Below, in pieces: positions 62,891 through 64,000 of a stretch of DNA of 64,000 bases (its first letter is position 1; the number at the start of each line of letters is the position of its first letter). The notes below the pieces were generated by a model. The model worked only from the letters and a program-made list of their open reading frames with translations. It was not told the DNA's origin and made no database searches. Both the position numbers and the translations under genes were made by a program. This DNA is from Octopus sinensis (Eukaryota). The DNA lies in the NCBI RefSeq assembly GCF_006345805.1, contig NW_021833026.1:310001-374000 (forward strand), read 5' to 3'.

Positions 62891-63558
62891 TTAAAAGCCA
62901 GAAGCGATTCCTTGCCAAAGAACAGATTCATCAGGATTAAAAGTTGCTGAATGTTGGTTCGTTCGCTCTCCTTTTTTAGCGCCAAGGCACCAATATGATC
63001 CTACATATTTTTCTAAATTACAAAAAAGTCTTTTCCAGAAAAACGGAACCGTGTTTGTGAAGTCCATATCAAAAGGAAACATCACTGAGAACCTTTTCTT
63101 TGATCAGAAGATATCCTCCTGATTGTAACGGCCTGATTTTTTCTATACGTTGCTAAATAAAACGCAGGTTACTGGAAAGGATAGACTGTGTTTTCAGAAA
63201 AGATTTTAAGAGTTCCAAGAAGCATGGCGCTGTGACAATCATGACCAAATACATACATCATTTTCTCGTGCTTAGAGCTAAACAGAAGACCTGCTTGCTT
63301 TAAAATAGGGACTCCGTCAAAAAGAAAACGCTTATAATTAGGATCTAGGTTAACATCGACATATATTTCACCTTCTTTCCTATGAAGTTTCATAGGGACC
63401 TAAGATGCGGCTTTTATTTTCTTAATTTCATTTTAAATTAAGGCGAGTGTTTTTTGCTTTTTTCATTGCAGTTCGGGAATTTCATGAAATCGGTGGTGTA
63501 TTTCTGCTGTAAACTCTTGATTTTTACAGGATAAAGACAGAATGTCATCTTTACTCAT
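62891..63558 (-). pseudogene. Decayed bacterial-type M20D amidohydrolase (HipO/ILR1-like)
   Basis: HRFHEIPELQ*, DGVPI..AGLLFSSKHEKMMYVFGHDCHSAMLLG, NLRFI*QRIE, YGLH, HSATFNPDESVLWQG; in-frame stops, frameshifts, central deletion, no introns. Confidence 0.8.
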
Positions 63559-64000
63559 CTCCAGATTTTTGCTTTTTGCTTCAAAGAAAAAATCTACATA
63601 TTTTTTTAAACTTAAATGGGCCCATTCGAAATTAGTTCTCTTTTGGTGTTATTTTGCATCTTTCTTAGAGATTAAAACAAACACAAATGAGTATAGATAT
63701 GTTATTTTAATGAACGAGGAACGTTGTTTTCCTAGATGGTGTCATCATAAATGATTTAATAAAAAAGGGATTCAAGAGAGTGAAGTACAAGGCAATAGAT
63801 AGCAGAAAGTCCAAATGGAGCTTTCGAATTTCTTCGTATCTCCTACATCGATTTATGTAATTTATTTTAGTATACAGGGGAAAAAAAGCATTATAAAATC
63901 TGAACCCATTATTTTGCAAATTTTTAGGGCTAACTAGTAAAATAAAGGCTTTATTCTTTATCACTCAATATAATGTGTAAACAGCGTGAATGAGAAGAAT

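Overview
Eukaryotic nuclear DNA, probably from a highly reduced animal; the intron sizes recall dicyemids or myxozoans, but the taxon is not established from this window. Tightly packed housekeeping genes are split by GT-AG micro-introns of about 21-31 nt, which is why the ORF track looks shattered. Recognisable genes: BANF1, SLC37A, cytoplasmic ArgRS, an SDS3/BRMS1-family gene, a divergent POU gene, CNNM, PP1, RRP7A, PNPLA8, IBA57, a TRAPPC10-like gene, MRPL10, SNX13, MNAT1, MED1, VPS25, an Ig/FN3 membrane protein and a possible EMRE. These islands alternate with AT-rich transposon graveyards (CRE/RLE, RTE and jockey-like LINEs, Helitron, hAT, Tc1, Ginger-type integrase transposons, tRNA-SINE). 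Most notable: (1) a TSD-bounded CRE-like retrotransposon that begins with an exact 50-bp copy of its own 3' end; (2) Ginger-type TGT...ACA elements with 5-bp TATTA/ATTAT target duplications and host-sized micro-introns, one carrying a telomere-derived 18-bp array; (3) an Ig gene next to an inverted, internally deleted copy of itself; (4) a decayed, intronless, bacterial-type M20D amidohydrolase gene. All calls come from manual reading and remembered family motifs; no database search was run.
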